From Cereibacter sphaeroides 2.4.1 (lineage in GTDB: Bacteria; Pseudomonadota; Alphaproteobacteria; Rhodobacterales; Rhodobacteraceae), in contig NC_007493.2 of the NCBI RefSeq assembly GCF_000012905.2, forward strand, positions 450,001 through 482,000: a DNA stretch of 32,000 nt, written 5' to 3'. Below the pieces are notes generated by a model that was not told the origin of the DNA, ran no database searches, and saw nothing but the letters and a program-made list of their open reading frames with translations. Shown one piece after another: positions 8,762 to 18,950 of this stretch (position 1 is the stretch's first letter; each line of letters opens with the position of its first letter). A program made the translations under genes and the position numbers.

Positions 8762-9484
8762 ATGCGCTTGCTTGATATCTGGATGCGCAGTGCCGCGGCA
8801 CTGATGCTCCTGAGCGGAGCGGCCTTCGCCGATGTGACGGTGAGCCAGTCCAACGATCCGTCCGTCAGTCTGGGCGGGCAGCTTTCGGCCCTTCTGGGCG
8901 CCGAGCGGAGCGCCCTCGGGACCCTGCCGGCCCAGCGGCTCGAGCAGGTGGCGGCCGCCGTGGCCCGCCCCGAGGCGAAGCCCGAGGCGCCGGTCAAGGC
9001 GGTGGCGACCAAGGGCAACCGCGGCGCCAAGGCCGCGGACGACGCTCCGGCGCCGCGCTACGACGAGGCCTGGCTCGCCTCGCAGCCGGCGACCGCGAAG
9101 GACTCGGACGAGTGGAAGTGTCTGGCCACGGCGCTCTATTTCGAGGCGCGCGGCGAGTCGATCCAGGGCCAGTTCGCGGTGGCCGAGGTCATCATGAACC
9201 GCGTCGACCGCCCCGGCTATCCCGGGTCCATCTGCGGCGTGGTCCGGCAGGGCGGGCAGTTCTCCTTCATGTTCGACGGCAAGCCCGAAACGATCCGCGA
9301 GAAGGCGGCCTTCCAGCGTGCGGGCAAGATCGCGGCGCTGATGCTGGCGGGCGCTCCGCGCCAGCTCACGCAGGGCGCCACCCACTTCCACACCCGCGCC
9401 GTCCGCCCCGGTTGGGCGCACCGCTTCCCGCGCACGGCGGCCATCGGCGCGCATCTGTTCTACCGCCAGCCCGGCGGCTCCTGA
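8762..9484 (+). CDS. SleB-type cell wall hydrolase (Hydrolase_2 domain), secreted
   Basis: There is a signal peptide MRLLDIWMRSAAALMLLSGAAFA. The sequence LATALYFEARGESIQGQFAVAEVIMNRVDRPGYPGSICGVVRQGGQFSFMFDG...ATHFHTRAVRPGWA is characteristic of the SleB/CwlJ family. Confidence 0.85.
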   Translation: MRLLDIWMRSAAALMLLSGAAFADVTVSQSNDPSVSLGGQLSALLGAERSALGTLPAQRLEQVAAAVARPEAKPEAPVKAVATKGNRGAKAADDAPAPRYDEAWLASQPATAKDSDEWKCLATALYFEARGESIQGQFAVAEVIMNRVDRPGYPGSICGVVRQGGQFSFMFDGKPETIREKAAFQRAGKIAALMLAGAPRQLTQGATHFHTRAVRPGWAHRFPRTAAIGAHLFYRQPGGS

Positions 9485-9583
9485 CCGGCCTCCTGTCGCA
9501 AGACTTGCCTCGCCTGCCGCCTTCGGGCTAGGCGGTGCCGGTGCCGGGCCTATGCTTCCCGGAAGCTGACGCGGGAGGCCGCC

Positions 9584-10486
9584 TTGACCAACGATATCCG
9601 CCTTGCCTTCGCCCATCCCGAGGAGCGGGCCGAGGCCTCGGCCGGCGCCGCTCCGCGCGACCGCATCAGCCTGCGCGATCATGTGGCCGAGGTCGAGATC
9701 GGCGCCTTCCAGCAGGAGCGCGGCACGAGGCAGCGGGTGCGCTTCAATGTGGTGGTCGAAGTCCGGCCGCATCCGGCGCCGCTGCAGGACGATGTGGACC
9801 GCATCCTCTCCTACGACCGGATCACCGAATCCATCGCCGACGAGCTGTCGGCCGAGCGACTGAACCTGCTCGAGACGCTGGCCGAGCGGATCGCCGAGCG
9901 CATCCTCGCCGAGCCGCAGGCCATGCGGGTCTTCGTGCGGATCGAGAAGCTCGACCGCGGCCCCGGCGCGCTGGGCGTCGAGATCGTGCGCTCGCGCGCC
10001 GAGGCGCCGCTCCGGCGGACGGGCGAGGGCGGCGAGGCGGTGCATCCCTTGGTGGCTTTCCTCGACAATGCGGCCATTGCCGCGCCCGACCTGCCCGCCC
10101 GGCTGGATGCGCTCGAGGCGCGGGGACTGCCGCTCGTCCTCGCCGTGGGTCTGCCCGATGCGCCGCGGCCCGAGACGCACCATCGCCCGACCCAGCGCCG
10201 GATCGACCTTCTGGCCATCGAGCAGAATGCCTGGGCGCTGGCCGCCCGCGATCCGCGCTGCGTGGTGGTGGCCACGAGGACCGAGATCGACTGGGCGATG
10301 CGGCGCGGCCAGACCATCGTCTGGGCGCCCTCCAAGCTGGTGCTCGATGCGGTGGACGGGCCGAACTCGCGCGATCCGGTGGCGCTGGCCCTGTGGCTGG
10401 CGGAGATCCTGGCGGCCGAGCGGATGGTCGTTCACGGCGATGTAACATTGCCGGCGGGAAGCCGCGTGCCGCTCGAACGCGCCTGA
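9584..10486 (+). CDS. folB: Dihydroneopterin aldolase domain protein with a C-terminal extension of about 170 aa
   Basis: The TTG start at 9584 lies 6 nt after GGGAGG. The FolB-like N-terminal half reads VEIGAFQQERGTRQRVRFNVVVEV...LSYDRITESI...LLETLAERIAERIL...VFVRIEKLDRGPGALGVEIVR. The remaining roughly 170 aa are unassigned. Confidence 0.8.
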   Translation: MTNDIRLAFAHPEERAEASAGAAPRDRISLRDHVAEVEIGAFQQERGTRQRVRFNVVVEVRPHPAPLQDDVDRILSYDRITESIADELSAERLNLLETLAERIAERILAEPQAMRVFVRIEKLDRGPGALGVEIVRSRAEAPLRRTGEGGEAVHPLVAFLDNAAIAAPDLPARLDALEARGLPLVLAVGLPDAPRPETHHRPTQRRIDLLAIEQNAWALAARDPRCVVVATRTEIDWAMRRGQTIVWAPSKLVLDAVDGPNSRDPVALALWLAEILAAERMVVHGDVTLPAGSRVPLERA

Positions 10487-10531
10487 GCGGAGGCCCTTGC
10501 GCCGGGGCGGCCGGGGCCGCATGAACCGCGC

Positions 10532-11569
10532 ATGACCTATGTCCGTCCGATCCCGCTCGCCGATGCGGCCCGCCCCGAGGGCGCGCTGCCGCTCGCCGGC
10601 GGTCCGCTGTTCTTCGACCTCGTCGAGATCCTCGAACGCGGACGCGCACCTGTCGTGCTGCCCGCAGCCGAGCTCGATCCGGCCACGCTCGCCCCCCTGA
10701 CGGCGCCGCGGCCCCCGGTGGCGGGGCTCGCCATGGGCCGGCCGCAGATCATGGGCATCCTCAACGTGACGCCCGACAGTTTTTCGGACGGCGGCCGGTT
10801 CGCGGCGCTGCCCGAGGCGCTGGCACAGGCCGAGGCGCTGGTGGCGGCGGGGGCGGACATCCTCGACATCGGCGGCGAGAGCACGCGGCCCGGTGCTGCG
10901 GAGGTGGAGCCGGCCGAGGAGATCCGCCGCACCGCGCCGGTGATCGAGAGGCTGCGGGGGCAGGGGATCGCCGTGCCGGTCTCGATCGACACCCGCAAGG
11001 CCCCGGTGGCCGAGGCCGCGCTGATCGCGGGGGCCGATCTCGTGAACGATGTGGCGGCCCTGACCTGGGACGCAGGGCTGGCCGCCGTGGCGGCGCGGCG
11101 GGAGGCGCCGGTCTGCCTCATGCATGCGCAGGGTACGCCGCAGACCATGCAGGCCGATCCGCGCTACGACGACGTGCTGCTCGATGTCTACGACTGGCTG
11201 GCCGAGCGCATCCGGGCGGCCGAGGCGGCGGGCATCCCGCGCGCCCGGATCGTGACCGACCCGGGCATCGGCTTCGGCAAGACGCTCGAGCACAATCTGG
11301 CGCTGCTGCGCCGGCTGTCGCTCTTTCACGGGCTGGGCTGTCCGATCCTGCTCGGCGCCTCGCGCAAGCGTTTCATCGGCACGCTCGCGGACGAGCCTTC
11401 GGCCGAACGGCGCATGGCGGGCTCGGTCGCCGTCGCGCTTGCGGGCGCGGCGCAAGGAGCGCAGATTCTCAGAGTGCACGACGTGCGCGAGACACGTCAG
11501 GCGCTGATCCTGTGGCAGGCAGTCACACGCGAGGCGGCAGAGACCGCGGCAGAACGGAGGCAGGCATGA
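10532..11569 (+). CDS. folP: Dihydropteroate synthase
   Basis: [16 protein letters not shown]...[15 protein letters not shown]...VSIDTRKA...LVNDV...DPGIGFGKT...NL are canonical DHPS motifs. The roughly 70-aa N-terminal extension has coding-like GC3. The alternative start at ATG 10733 cannot be excluded. Confidence 0.9.
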   Translation: MTYVRPIPLADAARPEGALPLAGGPLFFDLVEILERGRAPVVLPAAELDPATLAPLTAPRPPVAGLAMGRPQIMGILNVTPDSFSDGGRFAALPEALAQAEALVAAGADILDIGGESTRPGAAEVEPAEEIRRTAPVIERLRGQGIAVPVSIDTRKAPVAEAALIAGADLVNDVAALTWDAGLAAVAARREAPVCLMHAQGTPQTMQADPRYDDVLLDVYDWLAERIRAAEAAGIPRARIVTDPGIGFGKTLEHNLALLRRLSLFHGLGCPILLGASRKRFIGTLADEPSAERRMAGSVAVALAGAAQGAQILRVHDVRETRQALILWQAVTREAAETAAERRQA

Positions 11570-12909
11570 CGAGGAAGCTCTTCGGCACCGATGGGGTGCG
11601 CGGCACGGCCAACACCCATCCGATGACCGCCGAGATGGCGCTGCGGCTCGGCGCCGCGGCGGGGCGCTATTTCCGCCCGGTGGGCGCAGGCTCGCCCCGG
11701 GTGGTGATCGGCAAGGACACGCGGCTCTCGGGCTACATGCTCGAGAATGCGCTGACCGCGGGCCTCACCTCGACCGGGATGAACGTGCTGCTTCTGGGGC
11801 CGGTGCCCACGCCCGCGGTGGGCTTTCTCACCCGCTCGATGCGGGCGGCGCTGGGCGTGATGATCTCGGCCAGCCACAATCCGCACGAGGACAACGGGAT
11901 CAAGTTCTTCGGTCCCGACGGGTTCAAGCTGTCGGACGAGGCCGAGGCCGAGATCGAGGCGATCCTCGCGGGCGAGATCCAGCCCGCGCAGCCCGGCAAC
12001 ATCGGCCGCGCCAAGCGGATCGAGGACGGGCGCGGGCGCTATCAGGAATATTGCAAGACGACCTTCCCCTCGGGACTGCGGCTCGACGGGCTGAAGGTCG
12101 TGATCGACTGCGCCAACGGCGCGGCCTACCGCGCGGCGCCCGAGGTGCTGTGGGAGCTCGGCGCCGAGGTGATCCCGGTGGGGGTCGAACCCAACGGCAA
12201 GAACATCAACCTGCGCTGCGGCTCGACCCATCCCCAGGCCGCGGGCGAAGCGGTGCGCGCCCATGGCGCCGATGTGGGGATCTGCCTCGACGGGGATGCC
12301 GATCGCGTCATCATCCTCGACGAGACCGGCAAGGAGGCCGACGGCGACCAGATCATGGCGCTGTTCGCGGCCCGCTGGGCGGACGAGGGGCGCCTCCGCG
12401 ACGGAACGCTGGTGGCCACCGTCATGTCGAACCTCGGGCTCGAGCGGTTCCTCGGCGCGCGGGGGCTCCGGCTCGAGCGGACGCCGGTGGGCGACCGCTA
12501 TGTGGTGGAAGCGATGCGGCGCGGCGGCTGGAACCTCGGCGGCGAGCAGTCGGGCCATATCGTCATGACCGATTTCGCGACCACCGGCGACGGGCTGCTG
12601 GCGGGGCTCCAGTTCCTCGCGGCCATGGCCCAGACCGGGCGGCGCGCCTCGGACCTTGCGCGCAGTTTCGAGACCGTGCCGCAGCTTCTGCAGAACGTGC
12701 GCTACGCGGCCGGGCAGGAGCCGCTCAAGGCGCCGGGCGTGCAGGCGGTGATCCGCGACGCCGAGGTGCGGCTGAACGGGGCGGGGCGGCTTCTGATCCG
12801 CAAGTCGGGCACCGAGCCGCTGATCCGGGTCATGGCCGAGTGCGAGGACGAGGCGCTGCTCCGCGACGTGGTCGAGGAGATCGTGGCTGCCGTCCGGGAC
12901 GCGGCGTAA
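11566..12909 (+). CDS. glmM: Phosphoglucosamine mutase
   Basis: [29 protein letters not shown]...[22 protein letters not shown]...GDADRVI...GGEQSGH. The ATG at 11566 overlaps the folP stop (ATGA) and GGAGG lies 5 nt upstream. Confidence 0.97.
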   Translation: MTRKLFGTDGVRGTANTHPMTAEMALRLGAAAGRYFRPVGAGSPRVVIGKDTRLSGYMLENALTAGLTSTGMNVLLLGPVPTPAVGFLTRSMRAALGVMISASHNPHEDNGIKFFGPDGFKLSDEAEAEIEAILAGEIQPAQPGNIGRAKRIEDGRGRYQEYCKTTFPSGLRLDGLKVVIDCANGAAYRAAPEVLWELGAEVIPVGVEPNGKNINLRCGSTHPQAAGEAVRAHGADVGICLDGDADRVIILDETGKEADGDQIMALFAARWADEGRLRDGTLVATVMSNLGLERFLGARGLRLERTPVGDRYVVEAMRRGGWNLGGEQSGHIVMTDFATTGDGLLAGLQFLAAMAQTGRRASDLARSFETVPQLLQNVRYAAGQEPLKAPGVQAVIRDAEVRLNGAGRLLIRKSGTEPLIRVMAECEDEALLRDVVEEIVAAVRDAA

Positions 12910-12932
12910 GAAGGGGAACCCGCGACCCCTTC
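12910..12932 (+). terminator. Hairpin immediately after the glmM stop
   Basis: GAAGGGG (12910-12916) pairs with CCCCTTC (12926-12932) around a 9-nt loop. There is no strong U-tract. Confidence 0.4.
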
Positions 12933-13007
12933 CGGCATTGTCGGAGCATGGCCCGAGCGGCGGAGAGGATCCCCGCGCTCGGGCCGACCCCTGACAAGGA
13001 GACGCCC

Positions 13008-13226
13008 ATGGACTTCGCCTGGATCATCCCCTTCCTGTCGCTCATCACGCTTCTGGCAGGCATCATGTTCGCGATCGCGAGCAAGGACCGCGTCGAGGCG
13101 CGCCGCCACGATCCGAACGCGCCCAAGTCGACGCTGGCCAAGGACGGCCCGCAGGGCGGCGTGGCCTTCCTGCGCAAGGACGGGCCCACCGCCCGCAAGC
13201 CCGACGCCGAACCCGTTCTGGAATAA
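13008..13226 (+). CDS. Small single-pass membrane protein (72 aa), hypothetical
   Basis: The ATG at 13008 is preceded by a strong AAGGAG (12996-13001). The TM segment is MDFAWIIPFLSLITLLAGIMFAIAS, followed by a charged hydrophilic tail. A strong terminator hairpin follows. Confidence 0.6.
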   Translation: MDFAWIIPFLSLITLLAGIMFAIASKDRVEARRHDPNAPKSTLAKDGPQGGVAFLRKDGPTARKPDAEPVLE

Positions 13227-13251
13227 GCGGCCCCAGACGGGACCCGATGCA

Positions 13252-13277
13252 GAAAGGCGCCCCGAGGGGCGCCTTTC
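13252..13277. terminator. Bidirectional intrinsic terminator between the small ORF (+) and ilvC (-)
   Basis: GAAAGGCGCC (13252-13261) pairs with GGCGCCTTTC (13268-13277). A/T-rich runs flank the stem on both strands (the stem arms begin GAAA and end TTTC). Confidence 0.6.
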
Positions 13278-13298
13278 GCGTTTCCGAGTGCCGCCGGA

Positions 13299-14417
<1,119 letters not shown>

Positions 14418-14450
14418 TCATGCGCCGGATGGCACTTCAGTGAAAAGATC

Positions 14451-14906
14451 ATGCTCGACGACACCGACCGCCGCCTGTTGCGTCACCTTCTGGCCGAGCC
14501 CGCGCTCGGCACGGCGGAGCTTGCCGCGCGGGCGGGACTGACCACGGCCACCTGCTGGCGCAGGCTCGAGCGGCTGACCGAACGCGGCGTGATCGGGGCC
14601 CGGCAGGCGGTGATCGACTGGCGCAGGCTTGGCTACGAGGTCGAGGTCTCGCTGCGCTTCACGCTGGACAAGACCGACCCGCGCGCCTTCGACGAGTTTC
14701 TGGCCGCCGCCCGCACCGTGCCCGAGGTGATCGGCATCGAGACCTTCCTCGGGCGGGTGGATGTGCGGCTCAACGTGATCGCGCGCGACATGAAACATTA
14801 TCAGGAGCTCTACCGCTCCCGGATCCTGTCGCTGCCGCATATCACCGACATCGAGGCGCTGATGCTGGTGGCCACGATCCGCGAGGCGGAGGCGCTGCCG
14901 CTGTGA
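14451..14906 (+). CDS. Lrp/AsnC-family transcriptional regulator (first of a tandem pair)
   Basis: MLDDTDRRLLRHLLAEPALGTAELAARAGLTTATCWRRLERLTERGVI is an HTH_AsnC motif. It is followed by a C-terminal RAM/AsnC_trans_reg-like domain. Confidence 0.9.
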   Translation: MLDDTDRRLLRHLLAEPALGTAELAARAGLTTATCWRRLERLTERGVIGARQAVIDWRRLGYEVEVSLRFTLDKTDPRAFDEFLAAARTVPEVIGIETFLGRVDVRLNVIARDMKHYQELYRSRILSLPHITDIEALMLVATIREAEALPL

Positions 14907-15361
14907 TCGATCTCGACGATATCGACCGGGCGCTGCTCCGGGCGCTGGCCGAGGATGCGACGCAGGGCGCAGGCGCGCTCGGGCGGCGCTTCGGCCTGTC
15001 GCAGCCCGCAGCCTGGCGGCGGATCCGGCGGCTGGAGGAGGCGGGCGTCATCGCCGGAAGGCGCGTGGTCGTCGACCGCGAGGCGCTGGGGTTCGGGGTG
15101 ACGGTGTTCCTCGGGGTGAAGCTCGCGACCAAGGGGCGGGTCAGCCTCGAGGATTTCGAGCGCGCGGTGACGGCGATCCCCGAGGTGCAGGTGGTGCAGC
15201 ATGTGCTGGGCCTGTTCGATTACCGGCTGCGGGTGGTGGCGCGCGACATCGCCGATTTCGAGCGGGTGCTGCGGCGGCGGATCATGACCCTGCCGGGGGT
15301 GGGGCAGGTCGAGGCCAATGTGCTTCTGACCGAGGAGAAGCGGCCGGGCCCGCTCGGCTGA
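14903..15361 (+). CDS. Lrp/AsnC-family transcriptional regulator (second of a tandem pair)
   Basis: The GTG at 14903 overlaps the upstream stop (GTGA). LDDIDRALLRALAEDATQGAGALGRRFGLSQPAAWRRIRRLEEAGVI is followed by a RAM-like C-terminal half. Confidence 0.9.
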   Translation: MIDLDDIDRALLRALAEDATQGAGALGRRFGLSQPAAWRRIRRLEEAGVIAGRRVVVDREALGFGVTVFLGVKLATKGRVSLEDFERAVTAIPEVQVVQHVLGLFDYRLRVVARDIADFERVLRRRIMTLPGVGQVEANVLLTEEKRPGPLG

Positions 15362-15381
15362 CGCGGCGCCCGGCGGAACGG

Positions 15382-15433
15382 CCGGGGGCTGTCTGCCCCC
15401 GGACCCCCGAGGATATTTGCGCAGAGTGAAAGC
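15382..15433 (+). repeat. Interspersed hairpin + ATATTTG-core repeat, copy B (plus orientation); the hairpin may also terminate the Lrp pair
   Basis: CCGGGGGC-tgtct-GCCCCCGG (15382-15402) is followed by A-CCCCCGAGGATATTTGCGCAGAGTGAAAG. It aligns with the reverse complement of 5880-5934. Confidence 0.5.
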
Positions 15434-15538
15434 GGGGGCGGCCGCGGAGGGGCGGGGCGGACCTTGTGCGACCTTTTTCAGGTGGCGCCGGGAGGGCGGC
15501 GGGCGCTATCTCTCGGGGAGCTAGGAAGGAGGCTGCCC

Positions 15539-16666
15539 ATGCCCGCGCTGCGCCCGGATGTCGATCCCGACGGTCTGATGGAATTCTCGGTGGTCTTCAC
15601 CGACCGGTCCCTGAACCACATGTCCGCGAAGTTCCAGCACGTGATGCGCGACATCTCGGGGATGTTGCGCGAGGTCTATGGCGCCGAGGCGGTGGCTGTC
15701 GTGCCGGGCGGCGGCACTTTCGCCATGGAGGCGGTGGCGCGGCAGTTCGCGACCGGGGCGCAGGCGCTCGTGGTGCGCAACGGCTGGTTCTCCTACCGCT
15801 GGACGCAGATCCTCGAGGCGGGCGGCTTTGCAGCCGGGCAGACGGTGGTGATGGCCCGGCCCTCGGGCAACGGGGCGCGCGCGCCCTTCGCGCCGCCGCC
15901 GATCGAGGAGGTGGAGGCGAAGATCGCCGAGGCGAAGCCGGATGTGGTCTTCGCGCCGCATGTCGAGACCTCGGCCGGGATCATCCTGCCCGACGATTAC
16001 ATCGCCCGGATGGCGGAGGCCGCCCATGCGGCCGGCGCGCTGATGGTGCTCGACTGCATCGCCTCGGGCTGCATCTGGGTCGACATGGCAGCGACCGGGG
16101 TCGATGTGCTGATCTCGGCGCCGCAGAAGGGCTGGTCGGCCTCGCCCGCCGCGGGGCTCGTGATGCTGTCGGGCCGGGCGGTCGAGCGGCTGGAGGCCAC
16201 GGCCTCGAACAGCTTCGCGCTGGATCTGAAGAAATGGCGCGCGATCATGGCGGCCTACGAGGCGGGCGGGCATGCCTATCACACCACCATGCCCACCGAT
16301 GCGCTGCTGGGCTTTCGCGATGCGATGGCCGAGACGAAGGCCATGGGCTTCGAGGCGGCCAAGTCGGCGCAGTGGCGGCTCGGGCAGGAGGTGCGCGCCA
16401 TGCTGGCCGAAAAGGGCGTGGTCTCGGTCGCGGCCGAGGGCTTCGCGGCTCCGGGCGTTGTGGTGAGCTACACCGACGATCCCGAGGTGCAGACCGGCCG
16501 GAAGTTTCTGGCGGAGGGGCTGCAGATCGCGGCGGGCGTGCCGCTGCAGGTGGGCGAAGGGGCGGAGTTCCGCACCTTCCGGCTCGGGCTCTTCGGGCTC
16601 GACAAGCTCGCCGATGTCGAGGGCACGGTGGCCCGGCTGCGCCGGGCGGTGGAGGCCGTCCTCTGA
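15539..16666 (+). CDS. Class-V (AGXT/SPT-like) PLP-dependent aminotransferase
   Basis: The ATG at 15539 follows [19 protein letters not shown]...VVPGGGTFAMEAV...LVLDCIASG...DVLISAPQKGWSASPAAGLVML contains the PLP-lysine context typical of the alanine-glyoxylate/serine-pyruvate aminotransferase family. The substrate is not assignable. Confidence 0.85.
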   Translation: MPALRPDVDPDGLMEFSVVFTDRSLNHMSAKFQHVMRDISGMLREVYGAEAVAVVPGGGTFAMEAVARQFATGAQALVVRNGWFSYRWTQILEAGGFAAGQTVVMARPSGNGARAPFAPPPIEEVEAKIAEAKPDVVFAPHVETSAGIILPDDYIARMAEAAHAAGALMVLDCIASGCIWVDMAATGVDVLISAPQKGWSASPAAGLVMLSGRAVERLEATASNSFALDLKKWRAIMAAYEAGGHAYHTTMPTDALLGFRDAMAETKAMGFEAAKSAQWRLGQEVRAMLAEKGVVSVAAEGFAAPGVVVSYTDDPEVQTGRKFLAEGLQIAAGVPLQVGEGAEFRTFRLGLFGLDKLADVEGTVARLRRAVEAVL

Positions 16667-16670
16667 GGGA

Positions 16671-17870
16671 TCAGGCGACGCCGAGGCCCGCGCGCATCAG
16701 CGTGCGGCGCACCGGCGCCGAGCCGTAGAGCGCATCGAGGAGCTTGGCGCGCAGGTCGCGCCAGGCCGGATCGCCTGCCATCGAGGCGCGGTTCAGGAGG
16801 TCGATGCCGAGGATGCGGGCCTGCACCTCCCAGTGACGACGGCGGTGGTAGGCCTCGAGCAGGGCTGCGGAGCCGGGATCGTCCCGGTGATCCGCCAGAA
16901 GCTCCAAGAGCGCGCGCAGGTCGGCGAGGCTCATGTTCAGCCCCTGCGCGCCGATGGGCGGCATGACATGGGCGGCCTCGGCCATCAGGGCCGTGCGCTC
17001 GCCCGACATGCGGGCCGCGACCTGGCTGATGATCGGCCAGACATTGACCTGCGAGGCGAGGGTGAGCGGGCCGAGGATCCCGCAGGAGCGTGCGGTCATC
17101 TCGGCCTCGAAGGTCTCGCGGGGCAGGGCCTTCAGCCGCAGCGCCTCCTCGCCGCGTTCCATCCAGACGATGGCCGAGGCGGGCTTGCCGCCTGCGTCGG
17201 GCAGGGGAACGAGGGTGAAGGGGCCGCCCGAGCGGTGGATCTCGGTCGAGACATTCTCGTGCGGGATCGGGTGGGTCACGGTGAAGGCCAGCGCCTTCTG
17301 GCCGTAGCGGGTGGTGCGCACCGAGATCCCCAGCGCCTCGCGCACCGGCGAGTTGCGCCCGTCGGCCGCGACCAGCAGCCGGGCCGCGACGCGGGTGCCG
17401 TCGGAGAGGGTGACAAGCGCTTCGCTCTCGCGGGTGAGGACCGATTTCGTGGCGATGCCCGGACGGAAATCCACGCGCTTCAGCGTCTTGAGATGGGCCA
17501 CCATCTCGCGCCGCAGGAGCCAGTTCGGGAGGTTCCAGCCGAAGGGCTGTTCGGAGATGTCGGCCGCGTCGAAATCCTTGATGACGCGCGGCTCGGCCAC
17601 CGGTCCGCCCGCATCCACGATGCGCATGACCTGCAGCGGCGCCGCATGGGGCGCCAGACGCGGCCAGAGGCCCGCGGCCTGAAGGAGCGGGATCGAGGGC
17701 TGGAGGAGGGCGGTGGAGCGCAGGTCGGCCCCCTCGGCCTCGGCCGAGGTGACGGGGGGCTGCGGATCGACGCAGATCACGGACCAGCCGGCCGAGGCGA
17801 AGGCGGCGGCGGCCGTCAGGCCGGCCACTCCTCCGCCGGAGACGAGAATGTCGGTTGCGATCCGGGCCAT
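16671..17870 (-). CDS. UbiH/UbiF/COQ6-family FAD-dependent hydroxylase
   Basis: The N-terminal FAD fingerprint is DILVSGGGVAGLTAAAAFASAGWSVICVD. The mid-protein motifs LLVAADGRNSPVRE and AHVMPPIGAQGLNMSLADL are typical of ubiquinone-biosynthesis hydroxylases. Confidence 0.85.
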   Translation of the reverse strand: MARIATDILVSGGGVAGLTAAAAFASAGWSVICVDPQPPVTSAEAEGADLRSTALLQPSIPLLQAAGLWPRLAPHAAPLQVMRIVDAGGPVAEPRVIKDFDAADISEQPFGWNLPNWLLRREMVAHLKTLKRVDFRPGIATKSVLTRESEALVTLSDGTRVAARLLVAADGRNSPVREALGISVRTTRYGQKALAFTVTHPIPHENVSTEIHRSGGPFTLVPLPDAGGKPASAIVWMERGEEALRLKALPRETFEAEMTARSCGILGPLTLASQVNVWPIISQVAARMSGERTALMAEAAHVMPPIGAQGLNMSLADLRALLELLADHRDDPGSAALLEAYHRRRHWEVQARILGIDLLNRASMAGDPAWRDLRAKLLDALYGSAPVRRTLMRAGLGVA

Positions 17871-17921
17871 GGTTCCCTCCGTTTCAGGGGAAGCTAGAGG
17901 CCCGGACGCGGGTCGTCCAGA

Positions 17922-18152
17922 TCAGCCCAGCGTAATCATGATGATGACGACCATCATCACCGGCACGAAGAAGAGCGCGGTCATCCCCAGCATGACGGGG
18001 CCGAACGCCCAGGTGCCCAGAGCCACGATCGAGACGAGGGCGGCGGCGAAGGCGAACAGGACGAGATCCTCGCGGGTCGTCTTGCGCGTATGGCGCTCCA
18101 TCGGCGGGATGATGTGGTTCGGCAGGTCGGTGACGTCGGCGTAAGCGTTCAT
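17922..18152 (-). CDS. Small two-TM membrane protein (76 aa), hypothetical
   Basis: GGAG lies 7 nt upstream of the ATG at 18152 on the minus strand. There are two hydrophobic segments, LVLFAFAAALVSIVALGTWAF and MLGMTALFFVPVMMVVIIMITLG. Confidence 0.55.
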   Translation of the reverse strand: MNAYADVTDLPNHIIPPMERHTRKTTREDLVLFAFAAALVSIVALGTWAFGPVMLGMTALFFVPVMMVVIIMITLG

Positions 18153-18232
18153 GCGAGATCTCCGTTAACGACGCGGGACAGATAGTCGCAAACCGGTCAT
18201 GTGGCTAGGGCATTATGCCGCGCCGTCGCGTC

Positions 18233-18880
18233 TCAGGGCTGCAGAAGGGCCAGGAACTCCGACAGATCGAGCGTGTGGTGGTGGATGTGCGGCGCAGGGA
18301 GCGCCTCGGGCGCCACATGGACGGTGCGCATCCCCATCTCGTGCGGCGCGAGGAGATTGCGCGAATCGTCCTCGAACATGGCCGCGGTCCCGGGCGCCAG
18401 CCGGTCGGCGGCGAAGACGGTCTCGAAGGCCGCGCGGTCGGGCTTCGGCCGGAAGCCCGCATGTTCGACGCCATAGACCGCATCGAAGAGGTTCGCGAGG
18501 CCGCGCGCCTCGAGCACGCGCTCGGCATAGGGCGCGCAGCCGTTGGTATAGACGATCTTGCGCCCCGGCAGCGCCCGGATGCGCGCGGCGAGGATCATGT
18601 CGCGCTCGAGATGGTCGAGCGAGATGTCGTGGACATGGCTCAGATAGGGCGCGGGATCGACCCCGTGCTCGGCCATCAGCCCTGCCAGCGTGGTGCCGTA
18701 GGTGGACCAGTAATGCCGCCGGAGCCGGTCGGCCTCCTCCCGCACCACGCGAAGCTCGGTCATCACCCAGTCCGTCATCCGTCGCTCGATCTGGTCGAAG
18801 AGGCGCGCGGACGGGGGATAGAGCGTGTTGTCGAGGTCGAAGACCCAGCCCCGGACATGTGAGAAACGATCGGCCACCAT
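18233..18880 (-). CDS. HAD-superfamily hydrolase, pyrimidine 5'-nucleotidase-like
   Basis: HAD motif I is WVFDLDNTLY. The downstream elements KIVYTNG and MFEDDSRNL are consistent with the HAD-IA/pyrimidine nucleotidase subfamily. Confidence 0.8.
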   Translation of the reverse strand: MVADRFSHVRGWVFDLDNTLYPPSARLFDQIERRMTDWVMTELRVVREEADRLRRHYWSTYGTTLAGLMAEHGVDPAPYLSHVHDISLDHLERDMILAARIRALPGRKIVYTNGCAPYAERVLEARGLANLFDAVYGVEHAGFRPKPDRAAFETVFAADRLAPGTAAMFEDDSRNLLAPHEMGMRTVHVAPEALPAPHIHHHTLDLSEFLALLQP

Positions 18881-18950
18881 GGGCGGAGGCTACGCCCGGC
18901 CCCGTGGCGGCGCAATGGTTTGCGGTTGATCCGCGGCGGCGCTCGCGGCT

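Noticed and set aside
8681-11479. A 932-aa ORF on the minus strand spanning the sleB-folB-folP region.
   Set aside because: It is antisense to three genes with clear family signatures. The translation is Arg/Gly/Pro/Ala-rich low-complexity sequence, typical of off-frame ORFs in very GC-rich DNA, and has no recognisable motif.
12948-13007. An alternative in-frame ATG at 12948 that would extend the small membrane ORF to 92 aa.
   Set aside because: It has only a 1-nt spacer after GGAG and lies inside the 10-bp stem. ATG 13008 has a near-ideal AAGGAG at optimal spacing.
16664-16673. Convergent aminotransferase and UbiH-family genes with stops only 4 nt apart and no terminator between them.
   Set aside because: This is a real observation but unremarkable in compact GC-rich genomes. 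Nothing further in the sequence suggests antisense regulation.
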